Assembly: GCA_030141605.1 (NCBI GenBank)
Contig: JAQGDQ010001525.1
Span: 1-36,519 of the forward strand
From: Tubiluchus corallicola
Lineage: Eukaryota; Animalia; Priapulida
Length of the DNA stretch: 36,519 bases
Reading direction: 5' to 3'
Part shown: one piece after another, positions 36,056-36,519 of the stretch
How the letters are laid out: each line of letters begins with the position of its first letter
Position numbering within the stretch: the stretch's first letter is position 1
Notes under the pieces: generated by a model
What the model was told of the DNA's origin: nothing
Databases searched by the model: none
What the model saw: only the letters and a program-made list of their open reading frames with translations
Translations under genes and position numbers: made by a program

Positions 36056-36519
36056 ATTATCGTGCATAAAAGTTTAATATATGTGTGCTTGTATAACAAA
36101 ATCGTCCATAAGCCGAACAGTAAGCTTTTCTAGTTTTCCACATATAATAAATCTCTATTTCGTGAGGATCGACACGATGCCAATCATCACTTTATGTTAT
36201 TTCTAAGCTGAGATAATCCACATTGAAGCTGAGGTGCAGGCTGTACACTGAAAAACATAATCTTGAGAAAATCACTCTTAAAGTTAGTCATTGTTTCTAA
36301 GTTCTACAAAACACTTAGCAACCGTATGAATGTTGGTTGCTATGGACTTAGCAAGGGCAAATTGAAGTTACGTTTAAATCCAGTAGATGGCTCTTTTTGA
36401 CAGAAAAACCCGAAGCAAAATCACAGCTTCCAGAAGCTACTATCAGAGTTTGAAAATAAAAGTTGTCTACAATTGCAGTGCTAGTTTCTAGCCAGAAAAG
36501 TGAGTAAGGAGTTATAAAA

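Larger units (their letters stand above)
33651..36519 (-). repeat. Right arm of the long inverted duplication (runs off the window)
   Basis: Reverse complement of 28882-31781 with substitutions and 20-25 bp indels. Confidence 0.97.

Overview
AT-rich, intron-rich eukaryotic DNA, most likely from a bilaterian invertebrate. The + strand carries 21 phase-consistent GT-AG exons (7370-27419, 2408 nt, about 800 aa) of a multiplexin (collagen XV/XVIII family) gene: an acidic Ser-Gly linker with two micro-exons, interrupted Gly-X-Y segments, the NC1 trimerization domain and a Thr/Pro hinge. The N-terminal TSPN/LamG exons and the C-terminal endostatin exons are not seen in the window. Upstream of the first micro-exon, a 5-exon antisense gene model (7209 to 4038, 129 aa, no family recognised) can be built by hand; the ORF track misses it. 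The intron after the hinge exon holds an inverted duplication with arms of at least 2.9 kb (28882-31781 and 33651-36519) around a 1.87 kb spacer. The introns are packed with non-autonomous DNA transposons (hAT-, Harbinger-, Kolobok- and Tc1/mariner-like, plus an unclassified 7-copy MITE), LINE 3' remnants and about ten minisatellites, several built from transposon sequence. All calls come from manual reading; no database search was run.
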